Shown piece by piece: positions 8,644 to 19,059 of a DNA stretch of 59,478 bases. A program made the translations under genes and the position numbers. Within the stretch, counting starts at the first letter, position 1. Every line of letters starts with the position of its first letter. The notes under the pieces are model-generated. The model was given only the letters and a program-made list of their open reading frames with translations, did not search any database and was not told the DNA's origin. This DNA is from an uncultured Solibacteraceae bacterium. Its GTDB lineage: Bacteria; Acidobacteriota; Terriglobia; Bryobacterales; Bryobacteraceae. Location of the stretch: the NCBI GenBank assembly GCA_964618435.1, contig CAZUAX010000002.1, forward strand, positions 19,650-79,127, read 5' to 3'.

Positions 8644-9840
8644 ATGAACTTCCTACGTAAAATTGCTCTTATCCTTCTGCCTATCTGCATTGTGGGAGCA
8701 GGCGCACTGGCTGCCTGGACCATGATCGTGAACCGTCCAGAAGTGCAGACAGAGACTCCGCAAACACCTTTGCCCGTCGTACGAACAGCTACGGTAAAGG
8801 CGCAGCCCATCCAGTTTCGTGTGCGCTCGCAAGGCACCGTTCGCCCAAAGAGAGAGAGTTCCATCCTCAACGAGGTGGCAGGACGGGTAGTGTGGGTTTC
8901 GCCCTCGCTTGCTGGAGGCGCATTCTTCGAAGAGGGCGAATTGCTGGTGAAACTCGATACGGCTGACTACGAACTGTCTCTGCTGCAGGCTCGCACCGCG
9001 ATCGCCGAAGCAGAAGTACGCCTTGAGCGGGAACGGGAGGAGGCCGCTGTCGCGAAGCGCGAATGGGCCACTTTGGGCAAGGGAAATCCCAGCCCGCTGG
9101 CATTACGCGAACCGCAGATGCGGGAGGCGCAGGCGTTGCTTGAAAGCCGACAAGCCGCGGTAAAGCGTGCGGAACTCGATCTCGAGCGCACGAAGATCTA
9201 CGCGCCCTACCGGGGACGGGTCCGGCAGAAACTGGTGGACTTGGGGCAGTTCCTGAACCGCGGAAGTGTGATCGCAAACATTTATGGTGTAGACATCGCC
9301 GAAGTTCTGCTGCCTATTCCCGATGAGGACGCCGCGTTTCTGCAATTGCCGATGAGTTACGCTGGCGAGCCCTCCTCCGCCCAGGGAGTTCCCGTTCGTT
9401 TTTTTGCCACCTTTGCCGGAACAGAGCATTCCTGGCAGGGCCGCATCGTGCGTACCGAAGGGGAGATTGACAGCAAGACGCGGATGATCCAGGTGATCGC
9501 AGAAGTGAACGACCCCTATGAGAGAGGCCCTAAGAACCGCCCACCGCTAGCCGCCGGCATGTTTGTGGAGGCAGAGATCGTGGGAAGATCCATCCACAGC
9601 GCGGTGGCCCTTCCCCGTTCCGCTCTGCGCGCTGGGGATCTCGTCTATGTGGTGGATAGCGAACAGCGCGTGGATCTTCGTTCCGTGGAGGTGCTACGCG
9701 GGGAAACGGATCGCGTGATCTTGCGTAAAGGCCTGGACGATGGCGAGCAGGTAGTGATTTCTATCCTCGATGCGCCCACCCAGGGAATGCGCGTCCGCGT
9801 TGCGGGTAGCCAGCAGCCCGGGCAGGGAGGCGCGGAATGA
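8644..9840 (+). CDS. efflux RND transporter periplasmic adaptor (membrane fusion protein, HlyD family)
   Basis: 398 aa. It has an N-terminal TM anchor and a coiled-coil hairpin segment (LSLLQARTAIAEAEVRLEREREE...LESRQAAVKRAELDLERTKIYAPYRG). The stop overlaps the RND start (ATGA at 9837). Confidence 0.85.
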   Translation: MNFLRKIALILLPICIVGAGALAAWTMIVNRPEVQTETPQTPLPVVRTATVKAQPIQFRVRSQGTVRPKRESSILNEVAGRVVWVSPSLAGGAFFEEGELLVKLDTADYELSLLQARTAIAEAEVRLEREREEAAVAKREWATLGKGNPSPLALREPQMREAQALLESRQAAVKRAELDLERTKIYAPYRGRVRQKLVDLGQFLNRGSVIANIYGVDIAEVLLPIPDEDAAFLQLPMSYAGEPSSAQGVPVRFFATFAGTEHSWQGRIVRTEGEIDSKTRMIQVIAEVNDPYERGPKNRPPLAAGMFVEAEIVGRSIHSAVALPRSALRAGDLVYVVDSEQRVDLRSVEVLRGETDRVILRKGLDDGEQVVISILDAPTQGMRVRVAGSQQPGQGGAE

Positions 9841-12800
9841 AGGGTATCGCCACCTGGTTTGCGCGGAACAGCGTCGCGGCTAATCTTCTAATGCTGCTGA
9901 TTGTGGCCGCGGGCATCTTCACCATCACCACCGTGCGCAAAGAGATATTCCCTGAAATGGCCACGGACATCATCAGTGTTACCGTGCCTTATCCTGGGGC
10001 CACGCCGGAAGAGGTGGAGGAAGGCGTTTGCGTTCGCATTGAAGAAGCCATTCAGGGTCTGGATGGAGTGAAGAAAATCACGTCCTCCGCTGCAGAGGGC
10101 GCGGGCACCGTGCTGGTGGAAGTGCTGGAGGGCTTCAACTCCCGCGAACTTCTGGACGATGTCAAGAGCCGTGTGGACGCCATCGATACGTTTCCTGAGA
10201 ACATCGAGAATCCAGTGATCCGCGAGGTGACGCCTCGCAACCAGGTGCTTTATGTGGCCCTCTCTGGAGAAGCTCCCGAACTAACCCTAAAGCGCCTCGG
10301 GGAACAACTGCGCGACGAATTGCTCACCTTGCCCAACGTCACGGTGGTGGAACTTACCAACACGCGCCCTTACGAAGTCTCCATCGAAGTCTCTGAGACC
10401 ACCCTGCTCCGGCACGGGCTCACATTCAACGATGTGGCAGAGGCTGTAAGGCGCAACTCTTTGGATCTTCCCGGCGGCTCCGTGAAAACAGAAGGGGGAG
10501 AGATTCTGCTGCGCACTAAGGGGCAGGCCTACGTGGGTGAGGATTTCGCTGGAATTCCGCTGATCTCACGTGTGGACGGATCGCGCATTTTGTTGAAAGA
10601 CGTGGCCCAAGTGGTGGATGGCTTCGCGGAAACCGACCAGGCAGCGCGCTTTAATGGAAAGCCAGCAGTGCTCGTCCAGGTGTTCCGCGTGGGAGACCAG
10701 AACGTGCTGGAACTCGCGGCGGCTGTAAAGGAACACGTCGCCAGCATGCGTGGGCGGATGCCTGCAGGAATCGAACTCACCATCTGGCAGGACAATTCCC
10801 TTTACCTGCAGCAGCGCATGGAGCTACTCATCCGCAACGGGTATAACGGCTTGCTGCTTGTCTTCCTGGTGCTGGCCTTATTTCTGAAGTTCCGACTCGC
10901 GATTTGGGTGAGTCTCGGGATTCCAATTTCCTTTCTGGGCGCCATTTGGCTGATGCCTGTCTTTGATGTGTCAGTGAATATGCTTTCGCTCTTCGCCTTC
11001 ATTGTGGTGCTGGGCATTGTGGTGGACGACGCCATTGTGGTGGCGGAGAGTATTCACACCGAGCACGAGAACGGCGTGGAGGGAGTGGAGGGAGCAATCC
11101 GTGGCACACACAAGGTGCTGGTACCGGTGATCTTCGCCGTGCTTACGACGGTGGCCGCGTTCACTCCGCTGATGATGGTACCCGGCTACACCGGCAAGTT
11201 CTGGCGGGTGATTCCACTGATCATTATTCCCACACTGGTGTTCTCACTCATTGAGAGCTTAATGGTTTTGCCTTCGCACTTGTCGCACGAGAAGATTGCC
11301 AGCGGCAGGCCGCGTGGCATCTTTGCCTTTTGGATTCGCTTCCAGGAATTTTTTGCGAAGGGCATCATGTGGGTGGCACGGCGACTCTACCAGCCCACTC
11401 TGCTGATGGCGATGCGACACCGCTACACTACCGTGGCCCTGGCCGTGGCAATGCTACTGATTACCGCGGGGGCGGTGGGCGCTGGCTGGGTGAAGCTGGT
11501 CTTCATGCCCAATGTGGAAGCGGATTACGTGGTGGCGATGGTAACCATGCCACTAGGTACACCCGTTTCTAAAACGGAGGAAGCCGTCCGCCAGATTGAG
11601 AGCGCCGCACTTCAGTTGCGGGAGGAACTCGACGGGAACCGATCTCCGGATGAAGCCAGCAACTTCAAGCAGATGCTCACTTCCGTGGGCGAACAGCCAT
11701 TCGCCGTCATCCAGGGAAAGAACAATGGCCAGGCACTGGCCTCCGCATCCGGCGCACACCTTGGCGAAGTAAACATCGAACTTGCCACCTCAGAACTGCG
11801 TACCGTATCCAGCGAGCACGTGATGCGCCGGTGGCGCGAGCTTGCGGGTCCCGTTGCCGGTGCCGTGCAACTCACCTATACCGCATCACTTTTCAGCGCG
11901 GGAGACGACGTCAACATCCAACTTTCGGGCCCTGACATGCGAGCACTACGGGCCGCCAGCGAAGAACTGCGTCAGCGCCTAGCCCAGTACCCTGGCGTCT
12001 CGAGCATCGCGGACAGTTTTCGCTCCGGCAAGGAGGAAGTAAAACTACGCATCAAGCCACAAGCTGAGCAGCTCGGGTTGTCTATGTCTGATCTGGCTCG
12101 CCAGGTCCGCCAAGCTTTCTATGGGGAGGAGGCCCAACGCATCCAACGCGGGCGCGACGAGCTAAAGGTAATGGTCCGCTATCCGGAGCAGGAGCGGCGC
12201 TCCCTGGCCAGCCTGGAGCAGATGCGCATCCGCACGCCCAACGGAGCGGAAGTGCCCTTCAGCCAGGTGGCGGACGCCAATGTTGGCCGTGGATTTTCCA
12301 CCATTACACGCGTTGACCGGAACCGCACCATCAACGTCACTGCCGACGTAGACGAGGCCGCAGCAAACGCGAACGATATCCTGACGGACGTCACCACAAA
12401 CGTAATGCCAGGTCTGTTGGCCCGATATCCGGGCTTGCGCTATAGCCTGGAAGGCACCCAGCGCGAACAGCAGCAGAGCGTCGACGCCCTTGGGAAGGGC
12501 TTCCTGTTCTCGCTGCTGGTGATTTACGCGCTGATGGCGATTCCATTCAAAAGCTACATCCAACCGGTAATTGTGCTCTCCGCTGTTCCATTCGGGTTGG
12601 TGGGTGCAGTGGCTGGCCACCTGTTGATGGGCATGGACCTCAGTGTGCTGTCACTCTGCGGCATGGTGGCGCTCACCGGGGTAGTGGTGAACGACAGCCT
12701 GGTACTCGTGGATTTCATCAATCGCAAGGTGCGCGAGGAAGGCGCGACGGTCCTGGAAGCGGTGAGCAACGCGGGAGTGGAAAGGTTCCGCCCCATCATG

Positions 12801-13115
12801 CTTACCTCTCTTACCACCTTCGCGGGACTTACGCCGCTGCTGCTGGAAACCAGCGTCCAGGCCCAGTTCCTGATTCCGATGGCCATCTCGCTGGCCTTCG
12901 GTGTGCTCTTCGCCACGTTCATCACTCTCGGAATTGTCCCGGCAGGCTATCTGATTCTCGAAGACATGCTACGGATACCTGCCGTTCTTCGCGGGTGGCT
13001 GCGCTTGCCCGCTTCAGGGAGGAAGGAACCCGCGAAACCCGAAGACTGGGCGCCCACCCCTAGCCCGCGTCCCAGCCCAACGCTTGACCCAGCCTCAGAG
13101 GATGTGGCGGGCTAG
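9837..13115 (+). CDS. efflux RND transporter permease (AcrB/AcrD/AcrF family)
   Basis: 1092 aa with the 12-TM, two-large-loop architecture. It has an AcrB-like N-terminus (FARNSVAANLLMLLIVAAGIF) and TM4 region (VVLGIVVDDAIVVAESI). Confidence 0.9.
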   Translation: MKGIATWFARNSVAANLLMLLIVAAGIFTITTVRKEIFPEMATDIISVTVPYPGATPEEVEEGVCVRIEEAIQGLDGVKKITSSAAEGAGTVLVEVLEGFNSRELLDDVKSRVDAIDTFPENIENPVIREVTPRNQVLYVALSGEAPELTLKRLGEQLRDELLTLPNVTVVELTNTRPYEVSIEVSETTLLRHGLTFNDVAEAVRRNSLDLPGGSVKTEGGEILLRTKGQAYVGEDFAGIPLISRVDGSRILLKDVAQVVDGFAETDQAARFNGKPAVLVQVFRVGDQNVLELAAAVKEHVASMRGRMPAGIELTIWQDNSLYLQQRMELLIRNGYNGLLLVFLVLALFLKFRLAIWVSLGIPISFLGAIWLMPVFDVSVNMLSLFAFIVVLGIVVDDAIVVAESIHTEHENGVEGVEGAIRGTHKVLVPVIFAVLTTVAAFTPLMMVPGYTGKFWRVIPLIIIPTLVFSLIESLMVLPSHLSHEKIASGRPRGIFAFWIRFQEFFAKGIMWVARRLYQPTLLMAMRHRYTTVALAVAMLLITAGAVGAGWVKLVFMPNVEADYVVAMVTMPLGTPVSKTEEAVRQIESAALQLREELDGNRSPDEASNFKQMLTSVGEQPFAVIQGKNNGQALASASGAHLGEVNIELATSELRTVSSEHVMRRWRELAGPVAGAVQLTYTASLFSAGDDVNIQLSGPDMRALRAASEELRQRLAQYPGVSSIADSFRSGKEEVKLRIKPQAEQLGLSMSDLARQVRQAFYGEEAQRIQRGRDELKVMVRYPEQERRSLASLEQMRIRTPNGAEVPFSQVADANVGRGFSTITRVDRNRTINVTADVDEAAANANDILTDVTTNVMPGLLARYPGLRYSLEGTQREQQQSVDALGKGFLFSLLVIYALMAIPFKSYIQPVIVLSAVPFGLVGAVAGHLLMGMDLSVLSLCGMVALTGVVVNDSLVLVDFINRKVREEGATVLEAVSNAGVERFRPIMLTSLTTFAGLTPLLLETSVQAQFLIPMAISLAFGVLFATFITLGIVPAGYLILEDMLRIPAVLRGWLRLPASGRKEPAKPEDWAPTPSPRPSPTLDPASEDVAG

Positions 13116-13289
13116 GCCAATGTCGTAAATGCGCCGCCCGTGAACTGTTTATCTGGAGATCCTTGCAGGGGAATCCCCGCGTAAGGGCTTCCAGGGCTGA
13201 CGTTCGATGAACGAAGTCTGACTTCAGCGGCCAGCACACCCGTCGCGTACAAAAGCGCGTTGCTCCCACGTAGGGGCGCTACGCCGGAG

Positions 13290-14846
13290 CTAGTGCAAGG
13301 TTGCTTTCTCCGCACCCAGGCCCGTATTGGCGCGGACTACGAGTTCCGTGAACTGGCGCTCCGCCTCGGGTTCACGGCGTACGAGTGTCCCCAGAATCGC
13401 CCCCAGGAAACCAGCAGGAATACTTACGATTCCTGGATTCTCAAGCGGAAAGATCGCATCTGCACCCATGAAGCTAGGTCCGATGCCAATCAACACAATG
13501 CTGCTGAGGAGACCCGTGGCCATGCCCGTCACCGCACCAATCGTATTGAAGCGCTTCCAGAACAGCGAGAAAAGAATCACTGGCAGGTTAGCCGCTGCGG
13601 CAACGGCAAACGCGAGGCCCACAAGAAACGCAACATTGGCCGAGGGTCCAATCAGAATGGCGACGAACACCGCGCCCATCCCCAAACCAATGGCAGTAAC
13701 CCGGGCGACGAACACCTCTTCCTTGGGAGACGTAGGCTTTCCGGCACGCAGTACGTTCGAATAAAAATCGTGCGCCACGGAGGTAGAAGCACTAATGGTG
13801 AGCCCGGCAACAACAGCCAGAATGGTGGCAAAGGTAACTGCTGCGATAAAGGCGAGGAAAAGCTCGCCGCCGAGTTCAAGCGCCAGCAAGGGAGCGCTCA
13901 TGTTGATGCCACCGTTGGCGGCAATGGTATCGCGGCCAACCAGCAAAGCCGCCCCCATCCCGAGGAAGGTGGTAAGCACGTAGAAAAAGCCGATAATGCC
14001 CATGGCCCAAACCACGCTCACGCGAGCCGTGGGTGCATCCGGAACGGTATAGAACCGAACCAGGATGTGCGGCAGTCCCGCTGTTCCGAGGATCAACGCC
14101 ATGGAGAGGGAAATGAGATTCAAAGGCCCATAGGGCAGCTTGTAGTAGAGCCCCGGTTGCATGAAATCACGAACGACGGCGGCACCATCTTCGGTGTAGC
14201 GGACCTCCGTGGCAGCCGCGAAAAAGGACTCGAAGCTGAATCCAAAATTGGACATCACCAGGATCGAAAGCAGGATGACCCCGGCCATGAGCAGCACGGC
14301 CTTCACAATCTGCACCCAAGTGGTGGCAAGCATGCCGCCGAATACCACATAGACGATCATGAGCATGCCAACCGAAATCACGGACATGCGGAAATCAATG
14401 CCAGTTTCTTTCATCAGCAGGCTCACCATGGCTCCAGCACCCACCATTTGCGCAATCATGTAAAAGCCGCTGATGGTAAGGGTGCTGAAGGCGGCCATCG
14501 CGCGCACGGGGCGTGGGCTCAGGCGATAGGCCAGCACATCGGCGATGGTGTATTTGCCGGAATTTCGAAGCGGTTCGGCGACAATCAGCAGCACCGTGAG
14601 GTACGCCACCAGGAACCCCACTGAGTACATGAATCCGTCATAGCCGTAGTAGGCGATGAGGCCGGTGATACCAAGAAACGAGGCAGCGCTCATATAGTCG
14701 CCCGCCACGGCAAGCCCATTCTGCCAGGCAGTGATGTTGCGACCCGCGGCAAAAAAAGAGATGGCCCCAGTAGAGCGCCTTGAGGCCCAAGCGGTAATGC
14801 CCAGTGTGGCAATCACAAAGGCCAGCGTCATCAGAATAGCGGTCAT
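13290..14846 (-). CDS. actP: cation/acetate symporter (sodium:solute symporter family)
   Basis: 518 aa and polytopic. ActP-like segments include [48 protein letters not shown]. It is preceded by a DUF485 gene with a 4-nt overlap, the classic yjcH-actP arrangement. Confidence 0.8.
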   Translation of the reverse strand: MTAILMTLAFVIATLGITAWASRRSTGAISFFAAGRNITAWQNGLAVAGDYMSAASFLGITGLIAYYGYDGFMYSVGFLVAYLTVLLIVAEPLRNSGKYTIADVLAYRLSPRPVRAMAAFSTLTISGFYMIAQMVGAGAMVSLLMKETGIDFRMSVISVGMLMIVYVVFGGMLATTWVQIVKAVLLMAGVILLSILVMSNFGFSFESFFAAATEVRYTEDGAAVVRDFMQPGLYYKLPYGPLNLISLSMALILGTAGLPHILVRFYTVPDAPTARVSVVWAMGIIGFFYVLTTFLGMGAALLVGRDTIAANGGINMSAPLLALELGGELFLAFIAAVTFATILAVVAGLTISASTSVAHDFYSNVLRAGKPTSPKEEVFVARVTAIGLGMGAVFVAILIGPSANVAFLVGLAFAVAAAANLPVILFSLFWKRFNTIGAVTGMATGLLSSIVLIGIGPSFMGADAIFPLENPGIVSIPAGFLGAILGTLVRREPEAERQFTELVVRANTGLGAEKATLH

Positions 14847-15232
14847 TCGGCAGCGATCTCCGGGTGGGACTTGGATTTGTCAGGAAGATGCCGGGCAATC
14901 ACGGCAGCGGCATCCCTGTCGAACTTCGAGGCGGCACGCAGGTAGGCCGCAGCCAGCAACCAGGCCATGGGGAACTGTGTGAGCGCAAACACATAGGCCA
15001 AGCTGAAGTGCCCCATGGCCTTCTGGCCCATCAATTCAGGCCAAAACCCGGTGAGTACAGGAAGGGCAAAGTAATAGACCAGAAAGAAGGTCGTGCCCGC
15101 AACGATGAACCTTTTCTTGGCACGGAGAAGCGCCCGGAAGTCCTCCCCCGCCGCGATCCGCTGCCAAGGAGAGCCGACACCGTGAACGTGATCCTCGGGG
15201 GGAGGAGTAGCGAACGGTTTTGTTGATTCCAT
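14843..15232 (-). CDS. DUF485 (YjcH-like) inner membrane protein
   Basis: ORF 14843..15277, start trimmed to the ATG at 15232 (MESTKPF). Two TM segments and [29 protein letters not shown] are typical of DUF485. It is translationally coupled to actP. Confidence 0.75.
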   Translation of the reverse strand: MESTKPFATPPPEDHVHGVGSPWQRIAAGEDFRALLRAKKRFIVAGTTFFLVYYFALPVLTGFWPELMGQKAMGHFSLAYVFALTQFPMAWLLAAAYLRAASKFDRDAAAVIARHLPDKSKSHPEIAAE

Positions 15233-15292
15233 ATCGAAGCAATCACCCGAAGTCAAACAGTGTTGACAGGGTATCACGAGCGGGTAAGCCAG

Positions 15293-16612
15293 CTACTGTT
15301 GGCTGGTTTCTACTGCCGGCTTGCTCTGGTTATCGCTTCGATGAAGGGCAAGCACGGCGTCACCTGCCCCCGGGTGCTGCCGCAGCATGGCGACAAATCC
15401 ATCACGCACCTTCTGGAAAACGGCGCGCTGCGCGGCGGGAACCGTAGACTCTCGCGGCAAATTCATCTTCTCGAAGTTCATGTACCGCCCACCCTTGCGG
15501 ATACGGAAATCCAAATGCGGACCCGTACTGAGGCCAGTAGAACCCACCAGCCCAATTTGCTGGCCCTGCGAAATTTTCTGGCCCGCCTTCACCTGCCGCC
15601 GGGAGAGATGCATGTACATCGTCTCAAAGCCATTGCTGTGGCGAATGGTGATCAGATTTCCAGCGCCGCGCTGCCTGCCGGAGAAAACCACCGTGCCAGA
15701 AGCCACTGACTGGACAGGGGTACCCGTAGGCGCGGCATAGTCGATGCCCAGATGCGGACGGCGGATCTTCAGGATGGGGTGCAGCCGGCTGTGCGAAAAA
15801 CGTGAGCTAATCCGTGCGGCGAACCGCAGTGGTGAGCGCAGGAAGGCTGCCTGCAAACTCTTGCCATCTCCGGAGTAATAGGCCAATTTGCCTTCCTTGT
15901 CCTCAAAGGCATAAGCGTCGTGCATCTTCCCCATGTTGTTATAGGTGGCCGCGAAAATGCGGCCGTAGGTGGAGGGCTGCCCATTGCCGTAGGTCTTCTT
16001 TTCCACCAGCAGGCAGAACTCATCACCATTCTGGGGATCGGTGTTGAAATCGAGATCCCAGGCGAAAATTTCCGCCATGCGGATGGCAAGTTCCGGGCTC
16101 TCATCCACATCGCTAATGCTCTGGAAAAGCGACCCCCGCAGGGTGGCGCAGATGGGCACCGTTTCTACCGTGCTGGGAATCTCCGAGACCTTAGCCTGGA
16201 GAGTCTGAGCCGAGCCGTCATCCTTCGCAACTTCAATTTCGAGGACACGGTCAGCGTCGAGTTGGTATTCCAGCTTGCGAGGCTCGTGTAGGGCGGTACG
16301 CGTAAGCCGGAAGGAAGTACCCGCGCGCAGCTTGCGCACATCGTAAGCACTCATCACAGCCCGCATCAGCCCATCTTCTGTAGGTGTATCCAACTCCGCC
16401 CGACGCAGCACTGCCTGCAACGTATCTCCGCGAAGGATGGGCAACTCCTGATAGATGGGAGTATCACTGATCTCCGCGGTTAAGGCGGGTGGAGGAGGCG
16501 CTCCGCCAAGGGCTTCCGGCAGACTGGGATAACTGGTAAGGAAGGCCGTAGCAGTAGAGGCGAGAGCCGTAAGCAGCAGGATCCCGATCAGGGCACGAGC
16601 AGTCCGGTTCAT
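15293..16612 (-). CDS. M23 family metallopeptidase (peptidoglycan endopeptidase)
   Basis: 439 aa with a signal anchor. M23/LytM motifs are HLGIDYAAPTGTPV and GSTGLSTGPHLDFRI. Confidence 0.85.
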   Translation of the reverse strand: MNRTARALIGILLLTALASTATAFLTSYPSLPEALGGAPPPPALTAEISDTPIYQELPILRGDTLQAVLRRAELDTPTEDGLMRAVMSAYDVRKLRAGTSFRLTRTALHEPRKLEYQLDADRVLEIEVAKDDGSAQTLQAKVSEIPSTVETVPICATLRGSLFQSISDVDESPELAIRMAEIFAWDLDFNTDPQNGDEFCLLVEKKTYGNGQPSTYGRIFAATYNNMGKMHDAYAFEDKEGKLAYYSGDGKSLQAAFLRSPLRFAARISSRFSHSRLHPILKIRRPHLGIDYAAPTGTPVQSVASGTVVFSGRQRGAGNLITIRHSNGFETMYMHLSRRQVKAGQKISQGQQIGLVGSTGLSTGPHLDFRIRKGGRYMNFEKMNLPRESTVPAAQRAVFQKVRDGFVAMLRQHPGAGDAVLALHRSDNQSKPAVETSQQ

Positions 16613-16823
16613 TCCTAGTACTTTATGGGTCTTTTGGTGCGCTGGTCAATGCTTTTCGGATATTTCTCTGCGTTTCTAAGGGCTTTCTTGCTGGATATTG
16701 CGATGAATTTGCTATCCTTTGCGGAAGGTTCGGAAGCGCATATACTCTGCTCCAGGTTGCGATGCCCCGCCGCATCGCGGGCATCTCGCTCGCCTCCTTC
16801 AATCCAGACTCTCGAGGTGTTTG

Positions 16824-18080
16824 ATGGTTTCCCGTCGACAGCTATTTCGTTACGGAAGTGCAACTACCGCTGTTGCTGGCACTGCCGCTTTGTGGACGCA
16901 GAGGCTGCAATCGTCACCGTTTCAGTCTGGTGGAGACGAAGTGTTTTGGGGCTCAGTGCGCAAGGAGTTCCCGCTCCAAGACGACCTGATCTTCCTGAAC
17001 GCAGCGAACGTGTGCCCGGCATCAAAGCCGGTAATCGCGAAACATTTGGAGTACTTGAAAGATTTTTACGCGAACCCTTCGTTTGAAAATCGTGAGAAGT
17101 ACACCGAACTGGAAGCCGATGCGCGCCAGAAACTTGCTCGTGTACTGGGTGCTAAGCCCTCTGAGGTGACGATGACCCGCAATACAAGCGAGGCCACCAA
17201 CACCATCGTCCGCGGGTTGAACCTGCGAGCAGGGGATGAGGTGATCATCACCTCGCACAACCACCCTTCCAACAATGCCAGCTGGAAAGTGCTGGCAAAA
17301 CGCACAGGGGTGGTAATTCGGGAGGTGCCCACGCCGGTTGACGGCGTAAGCGCACAGCGTCTGATTCGGGGCATTGAAGGCGCGATCACGGCGCGGACGA
17401 AGGTAATTGCTTTTACTCACGTCACGAACACCACAGGCATCCGATATCCCGCCAAAGAGATCACCGCGCTAGCAAAGGGCAAGAATATCTGGGTACACCT
17501 GGATGGCGCGCAGAGTTTCGGCATGTTGCACGTTAGCCTGCAGGAGATTGGCTGTGACTCATACGCAAGCAGCATGCACAAGTGGCCAATGGGTCCGCTG
17601 GAGGCGGGGGTCTTGTTCGTCAAGAATGGCCGACAGGATGAACTGTGGCCGTCCATTGTCACCGCGGGATATTCAGAACTACTCGAAGGAGTGACGCGCT
17701 TTGGCGTATTAGGGCAACGAGACGATGCCCGTCTGGTAGCGGCAGGTGAGGCTGCCTCATTCCTTGAAAAAATAGGGATGGGCAATGTGGAAGCGAGAGC
17801 CCTGCATCTGGCGGCACACCTGAAGCAGCGGCTCAGCAAGATTCGCGGTGTGAGGATCTTGACTCCGCTGGAGAAGGAACTTAGCGGGGCCGTCGTGAAG
17901 TTTCGCGTGGAAGGCAAAAACACTCAGGAAATGGGCAGAGTTCTCTGGCGAGATCACAAAATCTCTGGTGCGGTGACAGCTCGCGGCGACCTCGAGGGCA
18001 TCCGATGGTGCCCGCATATTTATAACAGCGCGGAGGAACTAAACCGGGCAGCGGACGCACTCGCACGACTAGTGTCATAG
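16824..18080 (+). CDS. aminotransferase class V-fold PLP-dependent enzyme with a twin-arginine signal peptide
   Basis: ORF 16719..18080, start trimmed to the ATG at 16824. The N-terminus MVSRRQLFRYGSATTAVAGTAALW is Tat-like. The PLP-lysine context is SSMHKW, and the overall pattern resembles isopenicillin-N epimerase / cysteine desulfurase. Confidence 0.75.
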   Translation: MVSRRQLFRYGSATTAVAGTAALWTQRLQSSPFQSGGDEVFWGSVRKEFPLQDDLIFLNAANVCPASKPVIAKHLEYLKDFYANPSFENREKYTELEADARQKLARVLGAKPSEVTMTRNTSEATNTIVRGLNLRAGDEVIITSHNHPSNNASWKVLAKRTGVVIREVPTPVDGVSAQRLIRGIEGAITARTKVIAFTHVTNTTGIRYPAKEITALAKGKNIWVHLDGAQSFGMLHVSLQEIGCDSYASSMHKWPMGPLEAGVLFVKNGRQDELWPSIVTAGYSELLEGVTRFGVLGQRDDARLVAAGEAASFLEKIGMGNVEARALHLAAHLKQRLSKIRGVRILTPLEKELSGAVVKFRVEGKNTQEMGRVLWRDHKISGAVTARGDLEGIRWCPHIYNSAEELNRAADALARLVS

Positions 18081-18141
18081 CTGAATGGATTATCCGCTTC
18101 CCCGTGATTCGGCGTTATCGGCGGTGAGAATTCTGGAGGGT

Positions 18142-18171
18142 CAGCGTGCGCAGCAAACAGCGTGCGCAGCA
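18142..18171. repeat. tandem direct repeat, 2 x 14 bp CAGCGTGCGCAGCA with 16-bp period
   Basis: Exact copies at 18142..18155 and 18158..18171, in the intergenic region upstream of the acyltransferase start (18235). Confidence 0.9.
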
Positions 18172-18234
18172 GCCACCGGAGCCGCGACGGGATATTCAGT
18201 GCAACACTGAAGGTAGGGAGGCTCTCCGTCGCGC

Positions 18235-19014
18235 ATGGCTTCGTATCTCCGCTCCATATGGGTTTGGGGCGCCACGGCATTTCTGGCCATTTTCGAGTAT
18301 CTGGTGATGGCGGGAATCGTCCTGCTGGACCGCGACCCCCTACGGCGTCGCGCCGGACGCTTCCTGCATTGGTGTGGCTATGTGGTCACACGCCTTCTGC
18401 CTTCCTGGCGAGTCGTGATAGAGGGCAAGGTCCCAAGCATTCACGATGGCGCTTTCATCCTGGTGAGCAATCACCAGAGCCACACCGACATCCCGGTGAT
18501 CTCGTGCCTTCCCTTCGACTTCAAGTGGGTTGCCAAGAAAGAGCTGTTTTCCATTCCAGTAGTCGGCTGGATGTTTGGGATGGCGGGCCAGATTGCTGTG
18601 GACCGCAAGGATTCGCGGGCAGGTGCAAAGGCGCTGATTCAATCCGCGCGATACCTGGATAAGGGTATGCCTGTTCTGTTCTTCCCTGAAGGTACACGAA
18701 GCCGCGATGGCAACTTGTTGGGCTTCCAGGACGGTCCATTTCGTCTCGCGCTCAAGACCGGTGTGCCCATTCTTCCTGTGGTAATTGAAGGCACGGGCCA
18801 ACTGCTGCAGCGAAACTCCCTGCTTTTTTCGGATGCCCGGAATTTCACCGTTCGTGTGCTGGACCCCATCCCGGTGAATCGCGAGTTGTGGAAGGATGCC
18901 GTTTCTCTGAGAGATACCGTCCGGGCCCGCATGCAGCAGGAACTGGACACCATGCGCGGCATCCGAACGGCTGTAGATGCCCAACCAGGCAGAGAGGACG
19001 CTCTGGTCTCCTAG
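18235..19014 (+). CDS. plsC: 1-acyl-sn-glycerol-3-phosphate acyltransferase (lysophospholipid acyltransferase family)
   Basis: 259 aa with the HX4D motif VSNHQSHTDIPV and the FFPEGTRS motif. Confidence 0.8.
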   Translation: MASYLRSIWVWGATAFLAIFEYLVMAGIVLLDRDPLRRRAGRFLHWCGYVVTRLLPSWRVVIEGKVPSIHDGAFILVSNHQSHTDIPVISCLPFDFKWVAKKELFSIPVVGWMFGMAGQIAVDRKDSRAGAKALIQSARYLDKGMPVLFFPEGTRSRDGNLLGFQDGPFRLALKTGVPILPVVIEGTGQLLQRNSLLFSDARNFTVRVLDPIPVNRELWKDAVSLRDTVRARMQQELDTMRGIRTAVDAQPGREDALVS

Positions 19015-19059
19015 CGACCAAGCGCTCACCGACGCCTCTTCGCTTCGTGATTCATCCTC

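Noticed and set aside
6062-13115. tRNA-Val as an integration site, with the adjacent TetR-RND efflux operon as a genomic island.
   Set aside because: There is no integrase, no mobility gene and no obvious composition change. The only downstream echo of the tRNA 3' end is a 9-nt match (GCGCCCACC at 13050..13058) inside the RND coding region, which is about what chance predicts in 59 kb.
13260-14624. A 454-aa plus-strand ORF covering most of the actP locus.
   Set aside because: It is antisense to a well-supported symporter gene. Its His/Gly/Asn/Arg/Glu-rich composition is what the reverse complement of a hydrophobic membrane gene gives in GC-rich DNA. This is a shadow ORF.
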